A stretch of DNA of 64,000 nt, taken from the NCBI GenBank assembly GCA_963745835.1, contig CAVUZH010000022.1, forward strand, positions 256,001 to 320,000, in the 5' to 3' direction. The position numbers were made by a program, and so were the translations under genes. Positions 32,379-41,452 of the stretch are shown here, piece after piece. The notes beneath the pieces are model-generated. The model was not told where the DNA came from. It made no database searches and worked only from the letters and a program-made list of their open reading frames with translations. This DNA comes from an uncultured delta proteobacterium (GTDB taxonomy: Bacteria; Desulfobacterota; Binatia; UBA9968). Every line of letters begins with the position of its first letter. Within the stretch, counting starts at the first letter, position 1.

Positions 32379-32677
32379 GTTCAACTGCTTCGTCCGTCAA
32401 ATCCGTTAAACTCAAATCAAGCTCGTTCAATCATGCTCCGGTTTGGAATTAGGAGCCTCACTTGTAAATCCTGAGTCGCCCGAGCTAGGCAGCTCGCGGA
32501 GTCGTGATGATCTGGGACAGCACGGGATCCACTCGGGATGGTGCTGTTCGAAACGTTCAATCGTTCAATCTATGCTCCGCCCGTTCAACCCGATTCACGT
32601 CGTTCAACGTTCAACGGTTCAATCGTTCAACGAAAGAGCCGAACTTCCACGTTTCGGGAATTCTCGAAATGTCGAAT
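32379..32677. repeat. CGTTCAA short-period repeat tract followed by a 32-bp imperfect palindrome
   Basis: About 10 GTTCAA-like units, e.g. CGTTCAACGTTCAACGGTTCAATCGTTCAA; palindrome TTCCACGTTTCGGGAATTCTCGAAATGTCGAA at 32646-32677. Confidence 0.7.
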
Positions 32678-32778
32678 GGCGGCGATGGTCAATTTCTTCC
32701 GTAGCGTGAAGCTCGTTCGAGACTTAGGCAACTTGGGCAAGTCAAGCTCGCGGGAATGTTTGATGATCGAACGAGCAA

Positions 32779-33114
32779 TCACGCCGAGCGCACTCTGCCC
32801 TCTTCCGGTACGAAACGAATTTCGACCCGGCATTTCATGGCAGCAGCTATTCGGTTGAGCATAACCAGAGAATGGCCCTCATAGTCGGCATTCTCGAGTC
32901 GGCAGATGACGGATGCCGTGGTTCCGACGAGTTTCGCCAACTGCCGTTGTGTAAGCCCTGCTTCAGTCCGTAGAGCGTATATTTTACGTGCTACGTGGTC
33001 ATCAGCTCGAGCCTTTTCCAGATTCGCCAGCCGCTCCGGTTTACCCTCGTAATAACGACGATGGAGAACCTCGACGGCGTCGCTCGTGGGTCTGCGTTTT
33101 TTCCCGGCTTTCAT
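32779..33114 (-). CDS. XRE-family HTH antitoxin (HigA/Ata-like)
   Basis: LRTEAGLTQRQLAKLVGTTASVICRLENADYEGHSL. Confidence 0.85.
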   Translation of the reverse strand: MKAGKKRRPTSDAVEVLHRRYYEGKPERLANLEKARADDHVARKIYALRTEAGLTQRQLAKLVGTTASVICRLENADYEGHSLVMLNRIAAAMKCRVEIRFVPEEGRVRSA

Positions 33115-33480
33115 CGCGCTCCTTTATAGGTATGCCGCTTTGGATTGGTTTCAACCGACGCTTACGTCCGACCGCTTCCTCAATGTCACGCGACGGCACC
33201 TCACGCTCCTTCACTAAACCATGAGACAACACGGCGATAATTTGCCCGTAAAAGAAGTAAAGAATGCGATAATTCATTCCTGTAAATCCGACACGTAACT
33301 CATAGATACCGTCTCTAAGATAATCAGCCTCGGGTCGGCGCAGCTCATGTCCCAAGTCGCGTAACCGCTCATCCGCACCCGGCACTTGTCTTGGACCTTT
33401 AACGGTAGACGGTCGAGCCACTTAAGTACCGGCACATTATTCGAGTCTTCCTGGTAGAAGACCACAGATGTCTTAACCAT
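33111..33480 (-). pseudogene. RelE/HigB (Gp49/DUF891-like) toxin, frameshifted
   Basis: MVKTSVVFYQEDSNNVPVLKWL.../LGHELRRPEADYLRDGIYELRV...YRILYFF...LSHGLVK. Confidence 0.8.
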
Positions 33481-33557
33481 GTTGCGTTGGTTATGTTCGC
33501 ATTTTTGCGAATGGAGATCAAGGTAAACAGCGGCGGGCAATCGGTGCTAAGCATGAG

Positions 33558-33671
33558 TTATTGATTGTTTCCCACTGCAACTACCCCTTTGGGATTTCCG
33601 GGACGATCTCCGTCGGGGGGAATCGACAACGGAAAGGGAAATTTGAGCGCTTGAACGTGAATTGAGCCGTA
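33558..33671. repeat. Imperfect direct repeat (partner at 23366-23466)
   Basis: Same two conserved blocks as the 23366 copy. Confidence 0.55.
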
Positions 33672-33743
33672 GCGCGACCGAGCGGCTGGGACGTACCTGG
33701 CCCAGGTGGCAAATGCGATATCGATAGGCTAATCATTTAATCC

Positions 33744-34661
33744 ATGCGCATCTGTTCCTTGCTTCCGGGCGCCACCGAGATCGCCTGCGCTCTCGGATTG
33801 GCCGACGAGATCGTCGGCGTCAGCCATGAATGCGATTTCCCGGCGGCAGCTCGAAGCAAACCGGTGATGGTAAGGAGCCGGATCGATCCGACCACAATCG
33901 GCAGCGGCGAAATCGATCGACAAGTGGGCGATCTGCTGCGCTCAAAGCAGAGTCTGTACGCGCTTGATGAAAAACTATTCAAAGACAGTGAACCCGACAT
34001 CATTCTCACCCAAGGCTTATGTGATGTCTGCGCGCTGGATTACAACGACGTGGTCCAAGCGGCGCGCTCGCTTCCAAGAGATCCCTGCATTGTCTCGCTC
34101 GACCCGCATTGTCTGGATGATATTCTGAAAGATGTGTTCCGCATCGGCGAGGCGACCCATAGGTCGCGGCAGGCCGAGTCATTGGTTCAAAAGCTCAAAG
34201 GTCGAATCAAAGCGGTACGCGATCGAACGGCGCGGTCAGCTTCCCGACCACGAGTGGCCTGTTTGGAATGGTTTGAGCCCGTTTACATAGCGGGCCATTG
34301 GGTGCCCGAAATGGTCCAGATCGCCGGCGGCAACGACATCCTGGGAACTGCAGGCGAGCCTTCGGCCAAAGTCGAATGGGACGCGATCATCGCATCCCTG
34401 CCGGAGATCTTCATTTTAATGCCATGCGGCTTTGACCTCGACCGCGCAGTTCGCGAAAGTTCGTTGCTGAAGAATCGCGCGGGTTGGCAAACCTTGCCCG
34501 CGGTTAAAGACGGCCGCGTTTTCGCCGTCAGCGGTGCGGATTATTTTAGCCGGCCAGGGCCGCGTCTAATCGATGGCCTGGAAATACTCAGCCAGCTTTT
34601 CCATCCGCAACTATCTCCGGCGCCGATATCGTCTGATCTAGCTCAAAGGGTTAATCTTTAG
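33744..34661 (+). CDS. Cobalamin-binding/BtuF-like periplasmic-binding-fold protein
   Basis: MRICSLLPGATEI, VGVSHECDFP, PDIILTQGLCDVCA, GHWVPEM and FSRPGPRL. Confidence 0.85.
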   Translation: MRICSLLPGATEIACALGLADEIVGVSHECDFPAAARSKPVMVRSRIDPTTIGSGEIDRQVGDLLRSKQSLYALDEKLFKDSEPDIILTQGLCDVCALDYNDVVQAARSLPRDPCIVSLDPHCLDDILKDVFRIGEATHRSRQAESLVQKLKGRIKAVRDRTARSASRPRVACLEWFEPVYIAGHWVPEMVQIAGGNDILGTAGEPSAKVEWDAIIASLPEIFILMPCGFDLDRAVRESSLLKNRAGWQTLPAVKDGRVFAVSGADYFSRPGPRLIDGLEILSQLFHPQLSPAPISSDLAQRVNL

Positions 34662-34663
34662 CC

Positions 34664-35068
34664 ATGCGTCTGGCTCTTCTTTTTATCGGACTGCCTCTGC
34701 TGGAATTGTATATTCTGATCAAAATCGGCAGCTATCTCGGCCCATTTCTAACCATCGCGTTGATAATCTTCAGCGGGCTCTTGGGATTGTTGCTTGCCCG
34801 CTTCGAGGGCCTCAGAACCTTGCATCAGATCAGGCAAAACCTTTCGCAAGGTATTCTGCCGGCGGAAGAGATGCTTGACAGCGTGTTGATCTTTGCCGGT
34901 GGAGTTCTTTTTGTCGTACCCGGAGTAATCACCGACTTCGCCGCTTTGGTGCTCTTGATTCCTTTCACCCGAACCATTTTTAAGCGCTGGCTGCGGCGGC
35001 GATTCGACCGTATGGTCGAGCGCGGGAACGTACGGCTTCAGTATCAAGGAAGAAAACCGGATTTCTAG
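34664..35068 (+). CDS. fxsA: FxsA family membrane protein
   Basis: LPLLELYILIKIG...GGVLFVVPGVITDF. Confidence 0.85.
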   Translation: MRLALLFIGLPLLELYILIKIGSYLGPFLTIALIIFSGLLGLLLARFEGLRTLHQIRQNLSQGILPAEEMLDSVLIFAGGVLFVVPGVITDFAALVLLIPFTRTIFKRWLRRRFDRMVERGNVRLQYQGRKPDF

Positions 35069-35318
35069 CGGGCGAGACGACGGTGTTGGCCCGTACGATT
35101 AATCCAGTCTATCTTGAACTATCGCGAATGGGATTGGGAAGTTAAACCGCATCCCCCGACCGTCGAGAATAGTAGTGATGTATTCCCGGACTCCCGGATT
35201 CTCCTTCTCGCTTTCGAACAGTTGCTCAATACCGGCAAGGAGGCGATCTCCCCATACGTGACGAATTTTACAAATGAGCCAGGTTCTACGCGAGATCGCA
35301 GTGTAGCGTTCGTTCTAC

Positions 35319-35381
35319 GCCTAACGCTTTGCGGTTGAACGGCGTCCCTTTCTGCCAGTCCGCTCCGGCCGTTGGTTAGGA
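35319..35381 (-). other. Integron attC-like recombination site (solitary)
   Basis: Minus strand CCTAAC-CAACGGCCGGAGCGGAC...CGCCGTTCAACCGCAAAGC-GTTAGGC: inverse core, hairpin arms and core, immediately after the antitoxin gene. Confidence 0.7.
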
Positions 35382-35612
35382 GTCGATCCATCGCTTCTGG
35401 CTCTCTGTCGGGAACCTTTCCTAGTATACCTCAAACTTCTTGCGGCTTCCGCGCCTAGCCCGTTCTTGAAGGTACTCCATCGTTAACAGTGTCGCCATCT
35501 TTTCAGCAACAGCTGAGTTAACGAGTTGGTTGATAGAGACTCGCTCACGCCGAGCTAGGTCGCTCAGCTTTTTATGAAGAGAATTTGGAAGTCTCAAACT
35601 TAATGCACTCAT
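35382..35612 (-). CDS. CopG/HicB-like RHH antitoxin (3' end frameshifted)
   Basis: MSALSLRLPNSLHKKL...VSINQLVNSAVAEK; continues as GKVPDREPEAMDRL in another frame. Confidence 0.75.
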
Positions 35613-35770
35613 TACAGCCCTCCTATGCGCTGAAGAAAGTCTCCAGGCGTCAGAATCCGCACATTAAACTTATCTGCTCCTCCAAAATCCCAAAGGTTGT
35701 AGGTGATGATGGCATCGCAGTTTCCGGCCACTGCCGCCTCCAATGAGTTTTGATGCGGTCGCCAGAAGCA
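35612..35770 (-). pseudogene. PIN-domain toxin, C-terminal fragment
   Basis: WRP...LEAAVAGNCDAIITYNLWDF...ILTPGDFL; the stop overlaps the antitoxin start. Confidence 0.7.
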
Positions 35771-35904
35771 TGATTGCAGCATTCGAGCTACAAAATAGAG
35801 CTGCCACTGAACTTCGCATAATCTCCGCAACAGCGCGCCACGTTGACCAAGCGCAAGCACAAGTGATAGCTTCGGCGAAAAACCGATCGAGGAGATAGAT
35901 CGAT

Positions 35905-36636
35905 ATGAACGAAGTCATTATCGTAACCGGCGGCGCCGGTGGCATTGGTTCCGACTTGTGCCGCGGGCTTGCCAGCGATGGCTTGAAGGTGCTCATCGCC
36001 GATTATGCCAAGGAGGCGGCGGAAAAAGTCGCGGCCGAAATTCGCCAGTCAGGCGGAGAAGCCAGCGCCATTCAGGTCGATGTCGGCAGTCCGCAGAGCG
36101 TCGCCGCCATGATGGATCAAGCCATCGCCAAATACGGCGCGGTGGACTACGTTTTCTGCGGCGCAGGGGTAATGGATCGCATTGCGGTTGTCGACATGCC
36201 CGAAGAAGAATGGGACCGGGTCATGAGAATCAATCTCAAGGGAGTTTTTCTCTGTTCTCAAGCGGCCGCCAGACATATGATACCGAAGAAAAAAGGGCGC
36301 ATTTTGAGCATCGCCTCCGGGCGCGGCGTCGCCGGACAAGCTCGAGCAGCGCACTATGCCGCATCCAAAGCCGGCGTCATCGCCTTTACCAAATCATTGG
36401 CGATGGAATTGGCGCCATACGACGTCACCGTCAACGCGGTGTGCCCGGGAGCAACCGATACGCCGATGTCGAGGATCGGTTTCACACCGGAACAGTTCAA
36501 AAAGCGCGAAGAAGTTCCGCCGCTGCTGGACGGGCTCACGCAAAAGGACGAGATTGTCGGTCTGGTTAGGTATCTGCTGAGCGATGCAACGAGGTTCGTC
36601 ACAGGACAGACATTTTTTTTGCGCACTCCCAGGTAA
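35905..36636 (+). CDS. SDR family oxidoreductase
   Basis: TGGAGGIG, YAASK and VNAVCPG. Confidence 0.9.
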   Translation: MNEVIIVTGGAGGIGSDLCRGLASDGLKVLIADYAKEAAEKVAAEIRQSGGEASAIQVDVGSPQSVAAMMDQAIAKYGAVDYVFCGAGVMDRIAVVDMPEEEWDRVMRINLKGVFLCSQAAARHMIPKKKGRILSIASGRGVAGQARAAHYAASKAGVIAFTKSLAMELAPYDVTVNAVCPGATDTPMSRIGFTPEQFKKREEVPPLLDGLTQKDEIVGLVRYLLSDATRFVTGQTFFLRTPR

Positions 36637-36669
36637 GAAACTGGCGGCAAGAATCTGCAAGAACCTTGT

Positions 36670-36888
36670 TAGCCCTACTCCGACAATAGATGAGCGTTGT
36701 CAGCAGTGAGCGAGGATGGCGAGACTGGAAGCCGTGGGCAATCGAGCACGCAGTTGGCTCTGAGGCCTCGACGTACCAAAATATCACTTTTAGGGGAATG
36801 CGGGGTGGCCTTTAAGGCACTGTCCCATTGCCCACGGCTGCAGGGCTCGCTGGCCTCGTGGGATTCGAATAACATCGGATTAGGGTTA
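36670..36888 (-). repeat. Family A hairpin/MITE-like element
   Basis: Near-identical to 51596-51813; ends TAGCCCTACTCCGAC...ATCGGATTAGGGTTA. Confidence 0.9.
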
Positions 36889-37017
36889 ACTGCCATAAAC
36901 CTATGACCGAGCGTTGGGGTGTGAACCAATCGGAAAATTGATCTCCAAGAAGATTAGATCTCTTGTCGATCCGCGGCAACTAACACAAATCCTCTAGATA
37001 GTAGCAACCCAGACACT

Positions 37018-37983
37018 ATGATCATCAACTGCGCCGCCTACGAGAACGGCCATAAGCTCGCCGACATTTCCGTCGAGGAGATACCTGCCTATATCAACCG
37101 GCCGGCGTGCTTCGTCTGGATTGCCTTGAAAGACCCGGAGCCGAGCGAGCTCGAAACCATGCAGAAAGTATTCGGACTGCACGAGCTTGCTGTCGAAGAT
37201 GCGCAACACGGTCATCAGCGGCCCAAAATCGAGGAGTACGGCGAGTCGCTTTTTGTAGTTTTGCACATGATTGAGTTCGCCGGGGATGAGCTCGTCGTCG
37301 GCGAAACAGAGATCTTCGTCGGCCGGAATTACGTCTTATCTGTTCGCCGGCAGGCGCAGCGCGGCTTCGTCGAGGTGCGCCAGCGTTGCGAGCGCGAGCC
37401 CGAGCTCATGAAGCACGGCACCGGGTACGTGCTCTATGCGCTGATGGATGCGGTAGTAGACCGCTACTTTCCCATCCTCGATGCTTTAGAAACGAATCTC
37501 GAGCGCATCGAAGAGCAAATCTTCGCTAACCAAAGCAGTCGCGCAAATATCGAGGATCTCTACGAACTGAAGCGTAAGCTGACCGTTTTGAAACATGCCA
37601 CCGAGCCTCTGATTGAAGCAATAACCCGTCTGTTCGGCGGCCGGGTGCCGCAACTATGTCTAAGTTTGCAGGATTACTTCCGTGATGTTTACGATCATCT
37701 AATCCGCTTGAATCAATCCATCGATAGCCTGCGCGACATGGTGGTAACGGCGATTTCAGTCAATTTGTCGCTCATCTCGATTCAGGAAAATGAGATTACC
37801 AAACGCTTGGGCTCCTATGCGGCGCTGATTACCGTACCGACCCTGATAGCTGGAATCTACGGCATGAATTTCCACAACATGCCTGAACTTGATTCGCCCT
37901 TCGGGTATCCGCTGGCGCTAATCACAATGGTCGTTATCGACGCTTACCTTTTCATCCGTTTCCGCAAAGCCGGTTGGTTGTAA
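37018..37983 (+). CDS. corA: Magnesium/cobalt transporter CorA
   Basis: LHELAVED, HQRPKIE, YFRDVYDH and GIYGMNF. Confidence 0.93.
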   Translation: MIINCAAYENGHKLADISVEEIPAYINRPACFVWIALKDPEPSELETMQKVFGLHELAVEDAQHGHQRPKIEEYGESLFVVLHMIEFAGDELVVGETEIFVGRNYVLSVRRQAQRGFVEVRQRCEREPELMKHGTGYVLYALMDAVVDRYFPILDALETNLERIEEQIFANQSSRANIEDLYELKRKLTVLKHATEPLIEAITRLFGGRVPQLCLSLQDYFRDVYDHLIRLNQSIDSLRDMVVTAISVNLSLISIQENEITKRLGSYAALITVPTLIAGIYGMNFHNMPELDSPFGYPLALITMVVIDAYLFIRFRKAGWL

Positions 37984-38003
37984 CGGCTTGGCGCGCACGC
38001 TTC

Positions 38004-38163
38004 GCAGGCCGCTGAAAAAGACCCATATAGTTTCGAAAAGATGAAATATGAAAGCTGAAAACTGAATTCCGCTTTCAGATTTCCGCTTTCATCCTTGTAA
38101 TTCACGCGCCTTGCACCTGGATCCTTTTGAGCAGCCTGCAAGAGGCATTTTTCAGCATCCGGC
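38004..38163 (+). repeat. Family B ~160-bp MITE
   Basis: TIRs GCAGGCCGCTGAAAAA / TTTTTCAGCATCCGGC; core shared with 44979 and 47643. Confidence 0.85.
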
Positions 38164-38212
38164 GGGATCGATCGTCGTTGACAGATCCGGACCGCCAACC
38201 AGCTAAGCGGCG

Positions 38213-38596
38213 TTAGTCGATATTGCCGGTGACACTATCGAAAGTGAAAGTAGGCTGGGTTCCGCTCGGCTTGGTAGCGCTGATTCTAAACGAAGACGGC
38301 GTGGGAACGGCAATCGTCAGGGCTACGCCGTCTGTTTGATTAAAGCCCGCGCTGACGATGGCGGCAACCGAAGTGGGGTATACCTTATTTTCGGCGAAGT
38401 AGGAGTCCATTGCCAGAGCGGCATTTTTGAGATCGCTTCTCATTTGGCTATCCACGGCGTGCGCCCGGTATGATAGAAATTGAGGGATGGCTATGGCTGC
38501 CAACAAGCCGATGATGGCAACGACCACCAGCAGCTCGATCAGGCTGAAGCCTTTGGCGTTGATAACGGTTTTAGGTTTTGAAGCTCGGAGGTGCAT
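38213..38596 (-). CDS. Type IV pilin-like protein
   Basis: Prepilin motif KG|FSLIELLVVVAIIGLLAAIAIPQF. Confidence 0.9.
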   Translation of the reverse strand: MHLRASKPKTVINAKGFSLIELLVVVAIIGLLAAIAIPQFLSYRAHAVDSQMRSDLKNAALAMDSYFAENKVYPTSVAAIVSAGFNQTDGVALTIAVPTPSSFRISATKPSGTQPTFTFDSVTGNID

Positions 38597-38684
38597 GACC
38601 AGTTGAATCGGCAGTCGCCGAGGTAAAACCTCTGTAGTTTAACATACATAACTTACCCGGAACACCAATTTCTTGACGAAGCGT

Positions 38685-39767
38685 CTAAGTTCCAAACATC
38701 GGCATGCGCGCTTGGGCGCCGCGCCGGTCGCACTCCTCGACAAAGATTCTATGCACCGCCGGGTCTTGGTCCTCATACTCGATTTGCGCTCCGCCTTTCT
38801 TCACGTCCTCACCGGTATCCTTCAAATCTTCCACTTTGAATTTAAACCCCCACGGCTTAAGCGCCAGGTAGCGGGCCGGCTCCGCTCCGGGATTGAAATG
38901 CTGGTGCCACCACTGCATCGGCGGCGTGAACATACTCATGCGGCCCCACTCCACGCGCTTCTTGCTTGGGTACCGTCCTTCCTCCCAGAGATACGAATAG
39001 CCGGAACCTGTCAGCATAACGATGTGCGCTCCCGCGCCATGACGATGCGCCTTTTTATACTTGCCGACTGGGAACTCTGATACGTGCGCGCTCATGGTGT
39101 TGTCGACAAATTCGAAGAGGGTCGTGCGGTTATCGCCGCCCCGTTCTTTGTAATCCTTGGGTTCGAAGCCCCACAGATCGGCGATAAAGTTCGACTCCCA
39201 CACCCGGCCTCTTTTAACCTCCGGCAGGTAGCGGCCGCCCTTACCCCACTCATCAGCGCCGCCGCTGTACCGGTCGGAGAAGACAAAAGGATTATTGAAG
39301 ACATAGTCGAGATTGCGGTAGCGGTTGATAACCACCGGAGAATCGGTCAGCGATATCATCCGCACCGGCTCGTTGCCCTGCGCATTGAAATGCTGGTGCC
39401 AGGTATTCAGCGGAGTCGAAAACAGGCTGCCTCTTTGCCACTCGAGTGTGTGTTTTTTGCCGCCTTCGTTCCAGATCGTCGTTGCGCCCTGCCCTTGCAG
39501 GATAAAAACCGCCTTCTCGAACATGTGGCGCTGCGGCTTGAGCTGTTTACCCGGCGCAATCTCCTCAACGACCGCGTCGCACATCCCGCCGGCGCCGTCT
39601 TGATTGACAAACGCGGCTTTACCGCCCGTGCGCTGCCAGTCGCCTAATTGAAGCGACAGGAGATCGTCGACAAAAAATCCTTTGTGCACCGGGATCTCTT
39701 CCCAATCCTGATAAATGTCATAAGGACTCTTTCTGGAAAAAGCCGAAACCTCGTTTAGATTTTTCAT
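38685..39767 (-). CDS. Bicupin protein (gentisate 1,2-dioxygenase-like)
   Basis: Two cupin motif sets: PQRHMFE...PLNTWHQHFN and AHRHGAGAH...PMQWWHQHFN. Confidence 0.8.
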   Translation of the reverse strand: MKNLNEVSAFSRKSPYDIYQDWEEIPVHKGFFVDDLLSLQLGDWQRTGGKAAFVNQDGAGGMCDAVVEEIAPGKQLKPQRHMFEKAVFILQGQGATTIWNEGGKKHTLEWQRGSLFSTPLNTWHQHFNAQGNEPVRMISLTDSPVVINRYRNLDYVFNNPFVFSDRYSGGADEWGKGGRYLPEVKRGRVWESNFIADLWGFEPKDYKERGGDNRTTLFEFVDNTMSAHVSEFPVGKYKKAHRHGAGAHIVMLTGSGYSYLWEEGRYPSKKRVEWGRMSMFTPPMQWWHQHFNPGAEPARYLALKPWGFKFKVEDLKDTGEDVKKGGAQIEYEDQDPAVHRIFVEECDRRGAQARMPMFGT

Positions 39768-39816
39768 CTGCTGTCTCCTCCTGCCTAACGTTGCGTCCGC
39801 GAACTGCCGCTCCTAC

Positions 39817-40521
39817 TCAAGCGATCCGCTCCATGTAATAGCCCAGCGCGCCTCGATAAGCGCGATCGATAGCCATTGAATCGCGCGCTCCTTGCAAAAC
39901 CAACTGATGATCCTCGGGAGTCTTGACATAGCGCTCGAACATTTCCGAGATATTCTCCGAATGCTCAGTGTCGGCAACCACGTGCACATCGAGGGAAATC
40001 ATCTTTTTTAGATTGATGCCCAACTCGTTCTCAAATTTTTTGCCGACCCGAAAAGACATCCCGCCGCCCTTGACGATTTTTCCATTATTTCTGCGCTCGA
40101 GCATATGGGAGGCAGTGTAAGCCGTGAGCCAATGACCCCGAAGAGCAATGTGGTGCCAGGCATAAAAACAAGATCTCACCATCGGCGGGATTTCGGCCCG
40201 CTCGAAATCCTCCGGGTTGAGTCCGATGACCTCACCCTGCTTAACCGTGAGAGAGTAGTGATCCATGCCGGCGCGGGGATCGTTGATCAGTTCATCACTC
40301 TCATGCTCCCAGATGACTCTTTTCACTTCCAGAGGCGCGGAACCCTGCACGTATGCCCAGCAGTCGCGGCGATTGCTCGTGTACAGCGCGTTTTGAATGA
40401 TATAGAAGCGGGCGCGATTGATGTTGAGAGGCACGGAAAAAAAGCTATGGAACTCCTGAGAGTCGAACTGATCATTGACCATTGTATCCAATGTGTCCAG
40501 CAACTCATCAACGATAGTCAT
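39817..40521 (-). CDS. Heme-oxygenase-like diiron enzyme, copy 2
   Basis: DEL...DH, MLE and HVVADTEH; GGAGG RBS before ATG 40521. Confidence 0.75.
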   Translation of the reverse strand: MTIVDELLDTLDTMVNDQFDSQEFHSFFSVPLNINRARFYIIQNALYTSNRRDCWAYVQGSAPLEVKRVIWEHESDELINDPRAGMDHYSLTVKQGEVIGLNPEDFERAEIPPMVRSCFYAWHHIALRGHWLTAYTASHMLERRNNGKIVKGGGMSFRVGKKFENELGINLKKMISLDVHVVADTEHSENISEMFERYVKTPEDHQLVLQGARDSMAIDRAYRGALGYYMERIA

Positions 40522-40547
40522 CGACCCTCCATTAGCGTCAAAAGACC

Positions 40548-41264
40548 TCAAGGCAAAGCTTCCAGCAGTTCTGCGAGGTGATTACGATAGACGCGATCGA
40601 TCAGCAGACTCTCTTTGGCGCCGTTGATGATCGCCTGTCGGTTCGCTTCGGTTGTGGCGTATTTGCGCGCCACTTTCATCAGCAGGTGCGCATGTTCGAC
40701 GTCCATGACCACATGCTCGGCGTTACTTACTTGTTTTCTGAGCGGAATTCCCAAATCCCGCTCGAAGATCCCGCCAATACGGCGCGACAAAGAGCCGCCC
40801 TTGATCAATTCCGCCGAATTGCGAACTTCTAAAATGGCCGAGGCGGCAATGGCTTCGAGCCACGGCCGTTGCGCCAATCGTATCCACGCGCTGAAGCAAA
40901 CTACGCCGCCTTCAATGCACCAGGTTTGATCAAAAGCCTTGGCCGTTAATCCCAACACTTCGCCTTCTTTAACCGCTAAAGTAATATGATCCTGCTTGCC
41001 TTCACTTTCGTTGCCGATCAATTCATCTCGTTCATGCTCCCAGATAAGTTGCTTCACGTCCAGCGGCGACGAGCCCTGGACGAAGGCCCAGCAGTCGCGC
41101 CGATTCCCGACGTAGTACGCCAACTGAATCGAGTACTGCTGGGCGCGCTCGCGGGAAAATTTCAGGCTCAAAAGACGTTTGAACGGCGCCGATTCGTACT
41201 GACGATTCGCCAGGTCGACCACTTCGTCTCACAATTGTTTCGGGTCCTGCTCAGATAAACTCAC
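40548..41264 (-). CDS. Heme-oxygenase-like diiron enzyme, divergent paralog, with in-frame TGA at 41229-41231
   Basis: RRDCWAFVQG, DEL...DH, ILE and HVVMDVEH. GGAGA RBS before GTG 41264 gives VSLSEQDPKQL*DEVVDLAN. Confidence 0.7.
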
Positions 41265-41452
41265 AAAATGTTCTCCGTCCATGTTAGTTCGCCGCCGGCA
41301 CCGGATTTCCCGGTGTGCTCGCCAGCGGTTGTCCCGGCACTACACGCACTGCCGAGCGTCCGCATCGCTAATCGCACAAGCATCGCCATATTGGGAAGGT
41401 GCCTTGCGGTTACGTTTTCGCTCCTTGGGTCTCTTGACTTAAAACACCGTGC

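Noticed and set aside
32379-32640. Short repeats as a CRISPR array
   Set aside because: Units are 7-9 bp with no constant repeat-spacer period, and there are no cas genes.
36675-36929. Similar short ORFs at 36675, 51715 and 57504
   Set aside because: They are translations of the family A repeat with inconsistent starts and frames.
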